Part shown: in pieces, positions 1 through 11,326 of the stretch
Numbering within the stretch: the stretch's first letter is position 1
How the letters are laid out: every line of letters begins with the position of its first letter
DNA from: Octopus bimaculoides
Lineage: Eukaryota
Assembly (NCBI RefSeq): GCF_001194135.2
Contig: NC_068985.1
Span: 54,231,908 to 54,295,907 of the forward strand
Direction: 5' to 3'
Length of the DNA stretch: 64,000 bases
The notes under the pieces: model-generated
What the model saw: the letters and a program-made list of their open reading frames with translations, nothing else
Databases searched by the model: none
What the model was told of the DNA's origin: nothing
Translations under genes and position numbers: made by a program

Positions 1-1685
1 AATATACGGAGGAGGAAAAGAGGTGTCGGTGACGGTGACGATGTAGGTATCTGACCTATAAATGAAACAATCCACCAACTTTTTTGAAATAAGTGTTGCC
101 AACCATAACACGATGAACAACGAGACGACGACTACAACAATAACACCAACGATGACAAGGACATGATTGAAAAACTGAGCAAATTAAAGCAAGCACTGCT
201 AATATATATATATATATGATCATTATTACTATAGTAGTTGAGATGTCCAGATGTTCTCATAGGGAAATCTGCTCTGCCGCTATTGCAGCTTAAAGAAGAA
301 TAACATAATTGGAACCAAACTAGGTGTTGTAACGTGTTCATTACTCAATCTTTTACCGTCTTACCTCAAAGAAAAATATTACATCCATTACTACTACTAC
401 TGCAATGATGACAACGACGATTTACTTTGTATAAGGTCACGTTAATACTATTGTTGTAATAAGAATTATCCTTAATGAAATAATTTTGGAGTTAGCAATG
501 AATTTGACCTTTAGTTCCTTAGTTGCTTTATATTCTAAAGGAACGAGAGAGGGAAAGAAAGGATGAGTGAAGATGCTTCAAGTGGGTTTGAGTCTTTCAC
601 GTGAAAATTCTATGTAGTAAGGAGAAGAGTTAAGGAAGGTATTGTAGTTGAATCAAATCTGAAGAAAGTCTGTGAGACAGCAGTTGAATTTATGTAGCAG
701 ACAGAAAAGGAAGGGGCATCAGTCAGCTAGCACAGAGAGGGAATAGAAAGCTGGATTGCAAGAAGGAAGAGGTAGAAACGTACAGACAGCCAGACTGATG
801 CCTATAGCCAAGTGAATTCCCCAGCGTAGAAAACACAAATCAATATGGAATGAAGGAGAGATGCACCGAAAAACAGGAAAAAATTGGAAGGGGGCGGCAG
901 TGGACATGTAAGAAACGTAATTGGGCAGAATGTTGGGTGAGATATTGGAGAGATATTGTGCAACGATAACGGAGATAAACTGAAATTGGAAAGGAAATAT
1001 GTGGGAATATATTAACCCAAGACGTGGTGGTGATTTAAGGAAGAATGAAGGATCATTGTAGCAGGTGGTGGAGTGATGTGGAAGTACAAGGGATCTAAGA
1101 AGAAGAGAATTATGTTCTATTTAGAAGGAATGAAAGGCAAGGTACAGAATACAGAGGATAGATAAATGGAGATATTAGGAAATATTGAAGAGAATCAAAT
1201 GAGTAAGACAAGAAGAAAAAAAAGCAGAGAGGGGCAAAAAGGAATTCATCCTACTGCAAGATAATAGGGAAAAAAAAATAGCCAGAAAGTAACAGGAAAA
1301 AGGAGAAAAAAAAGTGCTGGAGAGTAAGAAGAGAAAAAAAAAATAGCAATAGAGAAGGGGTAGATTCCACCCCACCTCACACACAAGTAATGAATGAGCA
1401 AGGAGGGAATTCCTTAGATATGAAAATGGTAGGAGGGATATCCCATAGAAACACAGCAACAAATGTTGCTGATTCCATTGTTGTGGTTTATACTAGCAGG
1501 CATTTAACTACAAACAGGTAGAGCATCGTAAAAATAAAGCAGGAATAATACATGAAATACTGCATACAAGACATGGAGATCTTAGATAAGGTGAAGTGAC
1601 TTTCTATGTATTCAATTTCAGTTCTATCTATCAAGACTCAGTTACAAGCTAGATTGTCTCAGTATTTACAACATGTCGAAATTAT

Positions 1686-2111
1686 CTTTTACTTGTTTCA
1701 GTCATTTGACTGCGACCATGCTGGAGCACCACCTTGAAGAATTTTCAGTCAAATGAATCAACCCCAATACTTATTTTTTCTTTTTGTTAAGCCTGGTAAT
1801 TATTCTATCAGTATTCTTTTGGCAAACCACTAGGCCTTGAGAATGTAGACACACAAACACTGGTTGTCAAGCAGTGGTGGGGGGACAAACACACACACAC
1901 ACATATATATATATGTACATGTGTGTGTCTCTCTCTATATATATACAGTGGGCTTCTTTCTGTTTCTGTCTGACAAATCCACTCGCAAGGCTTTGGTCAA
2001 CCTGAGGCTATACTAGAAGACACTCTTACCCAAGGTGCCACACAGTGGGACTGAACTCGGAACCATATGGTTGGGAAGCAAGCTTTTTACCACACAACCA
2101 TGCCTGCACCT
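1686..2111 (-). mobile_element. tRNA-headed composite SINE, family A (Octopus-type)
   Basis: Reverse complement of the family-A pattern: head GTGTGGTAA...GGTTCAGTCCC B-box-like, internal CA/TA microsatellite, tail CAGTCAAATGACTGAAACAAGTAAAAGA. Confidence 0.85.
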
Positions 2112-2207
2112 AGAAACTGGAAGAAAACTTCTTTTTTTTTATGTTGAGCAAAACCTATAGGAATATTAGCGCTAATCAAATAAGAATAATAGACAATAAA
2201 TTAAAAA

Positions 2208-2558
2208 GAAGCTTGCTTCCCAATCACATAGTTCCAGGTTTAGTCCCACTATGTGGCACCTTGGGCAGGTGCCTTCTACTATATCATCAGGCCGACTAAA
2301 GTCTTGTGAGTGGATTTGGTAGCAGGAAACTGAAAGAAGCCCACCATATGCATGTGTGTGTGTGCCCTATCACTGCTTGACAACCATTCTTGGTGTGTTT
2401 ACCTCTCCGTAATTTAGTAGTTTGGCAAAAGAGATCGATAGAATAAGTACCAGGCCTTAAAAAAAGTACTGGGATCCATTCATTTTGCCTAAAAATTCTT
2501 CAAGGTGGTGCCCCAGCATGGCTGCAGTCTAATGACTGTAACAAGTGAAAGAATAAAA
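2208..2558 (+). mobile_element. SINE family A copy, head-to-head with the copy at 1686-2111
   Basis: gcttgcttcccaatcacatagttccaggtttagtcccac ... cagtctaatgactgtaacaagtgaaagaat. Confidence 0.85.
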
Positions 2559-2599
2559 AGGATGGGTTAGAAGAGTCATTTCCAGCAGTGTGTTGGCAC

Positions 2600-2930
2600 A
2601 TGTTGCAGACCTTTGTCAGCTCCTTAAATAAACCTTCACTACTACTGCCGTTGTCTGTTTCTCTCCCCATCTCTCTCCTGCAGGTTCCTTCCACTTGGTT
2701 GCATAACACTCCTTTACTCAACAGTCATCCTTATATTCCTCACATGTCCAGATCAGCACAGTCCCCTACAGCTGACTCTTCTCATACCCAGTTTTTCTCT
2801 CAGCTCAATGGAGCCCAGTCATCTAAACACGTTAACATTATCCATTCAACAGAGCATGCTTTCTCCATCTATTTTCAGTTTTTGCACATCCTTTGCATTT
2901 AATTCCTGTGTTCCACTACAAGACAGACAG
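2600..2930 (-). mobile_element. Decayed RTE LINE C-terminal fragment
   Basis: Minus strand gives ...LNAKDVQKLK..SML..., IELREKLGMRR and QVEGTCRR, resembling the RTE ORF2 C-terminus. Confidence 0.6.
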
Positions 2931-3348
2931 ATATAGCTACAGTGAGTGTGTGTACGATGGGTCTCGCCCTTTGATTTAGCTGTATAGGGAGGTTCGGTTG
3001 CTTATTCAATTACCTAGTGCTTGTGTCTACTGTCAGGCATTCAGGTAACTGTATGTATGTGTGTGTATCTATGATAGATATATGATGTATGTATGTATGT
3101 ATAGATGGATGGATAGATAGATAGATAGAAATATAAAGTTTAGTTTGACAGACAAAAGAAAAAGAGAACTCAGTAGATTACACAGACAAGAAGAGAGAGG
3201 GAAATGGTGCATGTGTAAAGAGAGAAAGAGATATACAAAGACATAGACAGAGAGGGATTAATTAAACAATTAGCTTTATCTTTTACTCTTAATATTAATT
3301 ACAGTTAAATACTGCTATCAATTAATTAACAACTGAAAATGTAATACA

Positions 3349-4356
3349 TCAGGTCATCCCATAAGTTCTGTCTGATTTTACTTTTTTTTAAATTGAATGA
3401 AATTTAATAGTATTTTAGAATGTCTAATGGAATTTAAAATTATTTTTATGCATTTGTATACATTTAAACTAATTAAATATTATTTTACAGAATAATAGAA
3501 TTAAAATTTCTTTGGTTAAAACCCTTTCTAACATGGAAGTGTCCAAAGAGCATTTCAGGCACATAATGCTTTATGAGTACAGAAAAGGAAACTGTGCAGC
3601 CGAAGCGACTCAAAACATACACTCAGTTTATGGGAAAGAATGCTTGATGGCTTGCAAAATTCAGAAGTGGAGATTTCAGCCTTGAATTGTCCGAAAGCAA
3701 CTGCAAATCCCAAGTTGACATCTGCTCTTCTCTCCATTCTCGCAGACTCATTTCACTCTTTTTGGATAGACTTGTGACTAGTGACAAAAAATGGATCTTC
3801 TATCGAAATGTTAAATGTTGTAAACAGTGGCTTGGTAAAAGGGAAAAAGCTCAACCACAACCAAGAAGGGAACTTCATGGAAAAAAGGTTCTTCTCTCTA
3901 TCTGGTGGGATTGCAAAGGAGTAATTCACTTAGAATTGTTACCCTAATGCAACAATCAATGCTCAAGTCTACCGTCAGCAATTAGAGTGTTTGAACCAAA
4001 CTTTGAAGAAAAAAAAAACTCGCTTAAGTGAATCGAAAAGGAGTGATGTTTCGTCAAGACAATGCGCAACCCCACACTGCAAAGATCACATCACAGAAGA
4101 TCAAAGAGCTTGATTGAGAAAAAATTCCTCTTCCACCTTATTCTCCCAACCTTGCTCCTTCAGACTACCAGGAGAAGATCGAAACTAACATTTCACTTGA
4201 AACCAAATGAGTTTTACATTGACAGGAGTAAAAAGCTTGTAAATAGATGGAAGGAAGTCATAGATAATCAGGGAAAGTACATTGATGATTAAATATAACA
4301 TTTGATCACTTGTTTTCTTTATTCAAAATTCGGACAGAACTTATGGGATGACCTGA
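3349..4356 (+). mobile_element. Mariner (Tc1/mariner) DNA transposon fossil, internally deleted, both TIRs present
   Basis: TIR TCAGGTCATCCCATAAGTTCTGTC at 3349 and its reverse complement ending at 4356. Right flank is TA; left flank is CA. Broken transposase: FLDRLVTSDKKWIFYRN..., KKVLLSIWWDCKGVIHLELLP, QDNAQPH, PPYSPNLAPSDY, with stops and frameshifts. Confidence 0.93.
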
Positions 4357-4380
4357 TAAACAAAAACAAATAACCTAATA

Positions 4381-4805
4381 TTGATTTCAAATTTTGGCAC
4401 AAGGCCAGCAATTTTGTGAGAGTGAGTAAATCAACTGCATCAATCCAAATGATCAAATGGTACTTATTTTCTTGACACCGAAAGGACAAAAGGCAAAGTT
4501 GACCTCAGTGGAATTTGAACTCAGAATGCAAGGACAGATGAAATGCTGTTAAGCATTTTGCCTGACATGGTAATGTTTCTAACAGCTCGCTGTCTTACAA
4601 ATAACCTGATATTGATTCAAAATGTTGGCACAAGGACAGCAATTTTGGGGAAGGGATAAGCCAAATACATTTCCTGCCCGCCCCCAGTGTTCAGCTGGTA
4701 CTAATTTTATCAACCCTGGCAGCATTTGAATTCAAAAGAAAAAGTTAGAAGAAATGCTGCTGAGCATTTTCCCCAGCATAAGATTACGCCAGCTTGCTGC
4801 CTTTC
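4381..4805 (-). mobile_element. Two tandem copies of tRNA-headed SINE family B (head AAGGCGGCGAGCTGGCAGAA-like; GAGTTCAAATTC B box)
   Basis: Both copies show ttttggcacaagg.cagcaatttt ... gaatttgaa.tca ... aagcatttt. Other family-B copies lie at about 6165-6530, 20130-20280, 46505-46762, 48533-48900, 54160-54370 and 56030-56110. Confidence 0.8.
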
Positions 4806-7142
4806 AAATAACCTAATAATATAATAGAAAATTGGTTTATAGAGTGCAGATAGTTTGAAATGTGCTTGATAGCCACTGTGTGGATGCGGTTCCTGTTGAC
4901 TGAATTCTTTGTTGATAAAATTTTCTCTATTCCAAATAAATAAAACATCCTACAGAGCTAATTAACCATCAGGCCAATCCATCTACAACTTGTTTTTGAA
5001 GCCCAGAGAATTTCTGTTGTACACTTAGGTATTTTCATCTTATCAAATACCCATCACTCTATAGCGATAAGGAAGTAAGTTTCCGTTAAAATGAACTCCT
5101 ATCATTGGCATAGGGCCAATGATTTTGAGGAAGGAGTGTAGTCAATAAAACCTACTCAGTTCTTATATTATTCATGTCCAGAAGTTTGGTTCTTGCCTGA
5201 AATAGTAGTAAGTAACATATATTACTTCCACTCAGGCTTACCTAGTGTACACACTCCTTTTCATCTCATCATAACTAAAACTTGCATTAAGTCCCAAGCA
5301 TTACTTTCCAGAACTGGAGTTTTCTGAATTTTTTTTTTTTTTCATGCAGGTGTAGCTTGGCTGGGTGGTAAGAAGCTTGCTTGCTAACCACATGATTCCA
5401 GGTTCAGTTCCACCGCCTGGCACTTTGGGCAAGTGCCTTCTGCTATAGCCTTGGACAGACCAAAGCCTTGTGAGAGGATTTGGTAAATGGAAACTGAAAG
5501 AAACCTGTTCCGTGTGTGTGTGTGTATCTTTGTCCTCCACCACCACTTGACAACCAGTGTTAGTATGTTTACGTCCCCGTGACTTACTGAAAGAGACAAA
5601 AAATACCTACATTATTTTCCAACAGGAACCTGCCCAAGCTTTGTCCTTGGTTGGTTCATTCATACAAACTTTCTATTTCAAAGTGATCTAAATTAAAATT
5701 TTCCATCAAAGCTTCATGTTCCAAACTCCATTTAAGTTTCTATCTATCAAATTCACTTATGGTTTTGGTCAGTCTGGGGTTAAAGTAGAAGACATTTGAT
5801 CAAGAGGTCATGCAGTGGGCTTGAACCAGAAACAAAACATGGTTGCAAATCAAACTTAACTGCACAGCCATACCTATGCCTGATATCACCTAGATAACTA
5901 ATACACAGTTATATAGGTGGTGCCAGCCCAAATCAACCAATTTATGTTTCAACATCCAATCAGTTCCTATAAGTCAGCCAGTACAACATGCTTGCAATCC
6001 AGCTAGTACAAATTTCAAAGAAACAATTTACTACTACTAAACTTTGGTGCTCCATCAAAACTCACTTTATGAACTGGGGTTTGTTTTATGAGGATAAATG
6101 GAGGGGGGAAAATACTTTAAATAGTAAAAGACATTTCCTTTCCAAGTGAAGAGGCAGAATTGTTAGAGAGTTAGTTAAAATCTATTTGTGCTAGTTCTTC
6201 ATTCTGGGTCCAAATCCTGCTAGGGTTGACTTTGCCTTTCATCCCTCTAGGGTTGATAAAATAAAGTACCAGTCAAATCCTGGGGTCCATGTAACCAGTC
6301 CCTCCTCCCACTTCTGAAAATTGCTGGCTTTGTACCAAAATTTGGTAGAACCATTAACATGCTGGACAAAATTTTTAGCAGTATTTCGTCTGTCCTTATG
6401 TTTTGAGTTTAAATTCTGCCAAAGTTGACTTTGCCATTCATCATTTCAGGAATTGATGAAATAAGTACCAGGCATGCACTAGGGTTGATATAATCGATGA
6501 CTCCTCTCTCCCAAAATTTCAGGCCTTGTGAAAGCACCCACGCCGGTGCCATGTGAAAAGTACATGTGCTAGCACCAAGTAAAAAGCACCATGCTAGTGC
6601 TATGTACAAAGCACCCATGCTGGTACCACATAGAAGGCACATGTGTTGTTACATAAAAAGTACCCAGTACACTCTGTAAAGTGGTTTACATTAGGAAGGG
6701 CATCCAGTCATAGAAACTAAATCAAAACAGACCCGAACCTGGTGCAGCCCTCTGGTTTGCCAGCTCCTGTCAAACTGTCCTACCCATGTCAGCATGGGAA
6801 ACAAACGTTAAATGATGATGATAATGATCATCATCATCACTATTATTATTGTTATTATTAATGATAATTGGCCAATGATTTATACTGTTAAAACGTGAGC
6901 AACTTATTTATCAGTGGTTTCTCCATAGAGAATCTTGGTTTCTTTTAATTTTTTTTCTTTCACCAATAAATGAGGAGTGATATCAAAATTTCAACTGCAA
7001 TACTTTAGAGAAATATTTGCCCATCCCAAGATCCAGAAACGTTTTTGCTCATATGGCAGTCTTAAAAAAGCATGTACAAACACTACTTCTCATATTACAA
7101 TGCAATATATCTTCTTTGAGTAATTTTATAGTCAAGTCTCAC

Positions 7143-7155
7143 CTGTAAGGCTTAA
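7143..7155 (-). other. Candidate 13-nt micro-exon or recursive splice site
   Basis: Minus strand reads ctgtgtgtattttcag|TTAAGCCTTACAG|gtgagac. Splice signals only. Confidence 0.3.
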
Positions 7156-8139
7156 CTGAAAATACACACAGCTAATTAATTTGTAAGATTTTATAGTTTC
7201 TTTCCCTTTTTTTTTTAATAAACAGTTAATTAATTTTTTAAAAAAATGCTTTTTTTAGGACAAGAAAACATGCAAAAATCTGCTGAGAAAATATATGTAG
7301 CTTGCACAGAAATTAAAAGTAATAATGATAACAATAAATATAACTTTAACAAGAAAATTTGACTGTTAGAAGAGATGGTATCCATCACCCACCCACCCTC
7401 TCTCTCTCTCTCTACTTCACAACCAAGTTGACAGCAGCCAGCAGCCCTAAGTGAATCATACTTTCACAGCCAACAACAACAACATACTTGTATTTATTAC
7501 AAGCAATAATAGATTTGCATAAATTCCTATGTAAGACTGTTTCTACCGTATCTATGAATTAGCATGAAGCCAAAATGCAGATACATAATAACCTTTTTTT
7601 AGCTTGAACGTCGACAGAGTTTCAAAACTTGTCAATTTAGAGAGTCAAGTCGAAGATTTGTTCATCGAGAATTGTAATCTTCCTCAAAAACTAAATTACT
7701 TTCTCTCTTTCATCATCATCATCATCAACACCAGCAACATCATTTTATGTCTATCTTACATCATAGCATGAGCAGCAGCTTGACAAGCTCTAATGGGTCG
7801 AAAGACTACATTTAGCTCCAATGTCTGCTTTAGCATGCTTTCTACAGCAGGATGCCCTCATTATAATTTTACTTTTGCTTTATGTCATAGATATTTTAAT
7901 ATATACAAGGCAAGCCCTATAGATAACTAATTGTTAAAGACCCGGAAGGAGAAGCCCACAAATAATTATGGGTTCATGATACAGTTTCAGTTGGAATTAT
8001 CACCAATTGCCATCTTCAAGTGGCCAGTTAAGATGCATTTCATAACCCTGTGTCCAAAATCTTTATCCTCCATTAGCTTTGGCAGATCTTCAATTTCATG
8101 TTGAGCGTCTCTGCCAAGAATATCAACATAATCAAGAGT

Positions 8140-8504
8140 CCTATATCAGTGAACCTCAAAGGTGTGATGTTCCATCATGATAATGCATGACACAACATAA
8201 CAAAGATCATGTTTGGAAGTATTGAAAACCTCAGCAGGGAAAAATTCCATAGCTTCTTTATTCCCCATATCTTTCCCTATTTAAATGTCAACTATTCTAT
8301 ATTTTACAGAATCATTTCAATGACTAAGTTCTTACAACTAAACCAAAAGAATTGTACATAAATGATATCTAACCAGTTAATAAATTATTTTGAAGGTGGT
8401 CATTGACAACAATGGTATTTTTGTTAATGAATGGATTTTAACAGAATATGAAATTTAGAGATCTTTGTACCCAATATGTGAACATTACTTATGGGATCAC
8501 CTGA
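8140..8504 (+). mobile_element. Older, more decayed 3' fragment of the same mariner family
   Basis: Degenerate VNLKGVMFHHDNA motif near 8150-8190. Right TIR-like acttatgggatcacctga(ta) ends at 8504. Confidence 0.7.
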
Positions 8505-8811
8505 TATTTGTTCTTACAGAATAGAGATTTTTAATATCACCTTGAGAACCTTCAGTAGGGCCCACTCTGAGCATACATCTAAACCAGATCTTTACTGCAG
8601 CAATCACTGACTTGAGGTTTCTCTTCTAAACCCTTTCACAAACCAGTCTCCAGTGGAAAGGTCATGTACTTTTCTTACTCTGACTAAGCCATACATAAAA
8701 ACACAACATAATATGCCCAATAGTAACTGAGATGTCAACAGATAGACAATACCCAAATATTCTCATCAATTATTTGTGCAAAATCAATTGTTATACAACA
8801 CATAGAGCAGA

Positions 8812-8814
<3 letters not shown>

Positions 8815-8842
<28 letters not shown>

Positions 8843-10481
8843 GTTTAACGTCTGCTTTCCATGCTAGTATGGATTGGATGATTTGACTGAGGACTGGTGA
8901 ACCAGATGGCTACACCAGGCTCCAATCTGATTTGGCAGAGTTTCTACAGCTGGATGCCCTTCCTAATGCCAACCACTCCGAGAGAGTAGTGGGTGCTTTT
9001 ACGTGCCACCGGCACGAAGGCCAGTCAGGTGGTACTCGCAACAATCTCGCTCGAACGACTTTTCACGTGCCACCAGCACATGTGTCAAGAAGGCGACACT
9101 GGTAACGATCACACTCAAACGGTGCTCTTAGCGCTCCACTGGTACAGGTGCCATCATGATTTCGCTTTCGCTTGCCCCAACAGGTCTACCTTTTACTCTG
9201 AGAGAGAGACCCTTTGTCACCAGCAGAGGTAAGAGCTCTCTGAACTTTGCCCAGGCTATTCTTATTCTAGCAGCTACACTTTCAGCACACCCTCCCCTGT
9301 TACTAACTTGGTCACCTAGATAACTGAAGTAATCAACTATGTCTAGTTTTTCTCCCTGGAATGTGGCAGAACTTGTTTTCTGCACATCTTCAGTGTTTAT
9401 TGCTCCTGAACATCTGCCACATACAAAAACTAACTTCCTAGTTAACCTTCCTTTGATATTGCTGCACCTCTTATGTGTCCATAGCTTGCACTAGGTACAT
9501 CTTATAGAGTTTCTACCTACGCCTTTTCTACAGATTGAACAGGGCCATCTACCTGAAGGGGTTTGTGTTTTTTCTACCTTCCTACTTATTAGGACTTTGG
9601 TTTTAGCTAGGTTGACTGTAAGGCCCTTCGATTCTGGTCCTTGCTTCCACACTTGGAACTTCTCCTCTAGTTCTGATAGTGACTCAGCAATTAGTGCAAG
9701 GTCATCAGCATAGAGAAGCTCCCAGGGGCATTGTGTCTTGAATTCCACTGTTATCGCCTGGAGGACTATGATAAATAGGAGGGGGCTGAGGACAGAACCT
9801 TGGTGGACCTCTACCTCTACCTGGAATTCTTCACTTTACTCATTTCTAACCCTCACCTTACTGACAGTGTCTCTGTACATGGCTCGCGCAGCTCTCACTA
9901 ACCATTCATCTATCCCTAGTTTCCTCATTAACCACTAGATAAGGGATTGGGGTACCTTGTCAAAGGCTTTCTCTATGTCAACAAAAAAAGCCAGGTACAG
10001 AGGTTTATTCTTGGCTAGGTATTTCTCCTGCAGCTGTCTTACCAGAAATATAGCATCAGTGGTGCTTTTCCCTGGCACGAACCCAAACTGCATCTCATCT
10101 AAACTGACTCTCTCCCTAATTAGTTGGGCTTTGACCCTCTCTGTGACTTTCATTACCTGATCTAACAACTTGATACCTCTGTAATTATTTGTATCTAAAG
10201 CGTCACCTTTACCTTTGTAACAGTTGACTATGGTGCTGCTACACCAGTCATTGGGTGACTCCTTCGTGTATCACCTGGTTAACAATACGGGTGACTAGGC
10301 TAAAGCCAACACTGCCAGATATTCCTGATGGGCCGGGGGCTTTCCCTGTCTTCATACTCTTAATTGCTTTATCTACCATGGCGCTGTCAACTCGGATAGC
10401 TGGTCCCTCTGTTGGGTCGATATTCGGCAGACTCTCTTTCTCCCATTCATTCTCTTTATTGAGCAATCTTTCATAGTGGCA
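8815..10481 (-). mobile_element. RTE-clade LINE, 5'-truncated and internally deleted ORF2 (reverse transcriptase) plus 3' UTR ending in (GAT)n
   Basis: Consecutive minus-strand frames give KAPGPSG, NYRGIKLLDQVMK, QFGFVPGKSTTDAIF, DIEKAFDKVP, HQGSVLSPLLF, ELLYADDLALIAES and YLGDQVS. After KGLSLRVKG the sequence jumps to a non-coding tail ending in gat repeats at about 8815-8842. Confidence 0.95.
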
Positions 10482-10961
10482 TCATAATTATAAAATGTCA
10501 GACCCCATAAAAACTATCCATTAAGTCTGAACTGTTTTCTTTTTTTTCCAACAAAGGGTCTAGTGACTAGACACTAGTCTGAATTATTTGTCTTTAAGTC
10601 AACTCACAGTGTAACATAAAGAAAGCCCTTCCGTCCAATTTCATTCTGGCTAACAGTTATCCAACCTTCTAAGACATATCAATGGAACAATTAATGAATC
10701 TATTTAGACAGAGAATTCAACAACATAAGGGTGTGTGTATGTGTGTGAAAATACATTTACACACACACATACATACATACCCTGCAAAATAACAATCATG
10801 ATCAAAGCAATCTCTAAACTTCAACACCCAAATTCTGCCTAGACTAACTTTGCCTTTCATCCATTGTGCCAAAATTTGAAACCAATATTTAGTTCTGTCT
10901 CCATTATGACCCTTTACATCTAGGTTAATTTGATTTGAGCTTGTAGCAATTAAAGTATGAG

Positions 10962-11326
10962 CATGGTTCCGGGTTCATTCCCACTGCGTGGCACCTTGGG
11001 CAAGTGTCTTCTACTATAGCCTCGGGCCGACCAAAGCCTTGTGAGTGGATTTGGTTGACAGAAACTGAAAGAAGCATGTCGTATATATGTATATATATGT
11101 ATATATGTGTGTGTTTGTGTGTCTGAGTTTGTCCCCCCACCATCGCTTGACAACCGATGCTGGTGTGTTTACGTCCCCGTAACTTAGCGGTTCAGCAAAA
11201 GAGACCGATAGAATAAGTACTAGGCTTCCAAAGAATAAGTCCTGGGGTTGATTTGTTCAACTAAAGGTGGTGCTCCAGCATGGCCGCAGTCAAATGACTG
11301 AAACAAGTAAAAGAGTAAAAGAGTAA
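10962..11326 (+). mobile_element. SINE family A, young 5'-clipped copy
   Basis: CpGs retained; nearly identical to the copies at 26576, 38970 and 50676; GAGTAAAA tail. Confidence 0.9.

Noticed and set aside
480-1480. About 1-kb purine-rich tract as a coding region or defined element
   Set aside because: No sustained ORF or convincing motif; probably a decayed LINE but I cannot assign it.
3256-3340. Cluster of TAAT/ATTA motifs as a homeodomain enhancer
   Set aside because: Expected at this AT content; no independent support.
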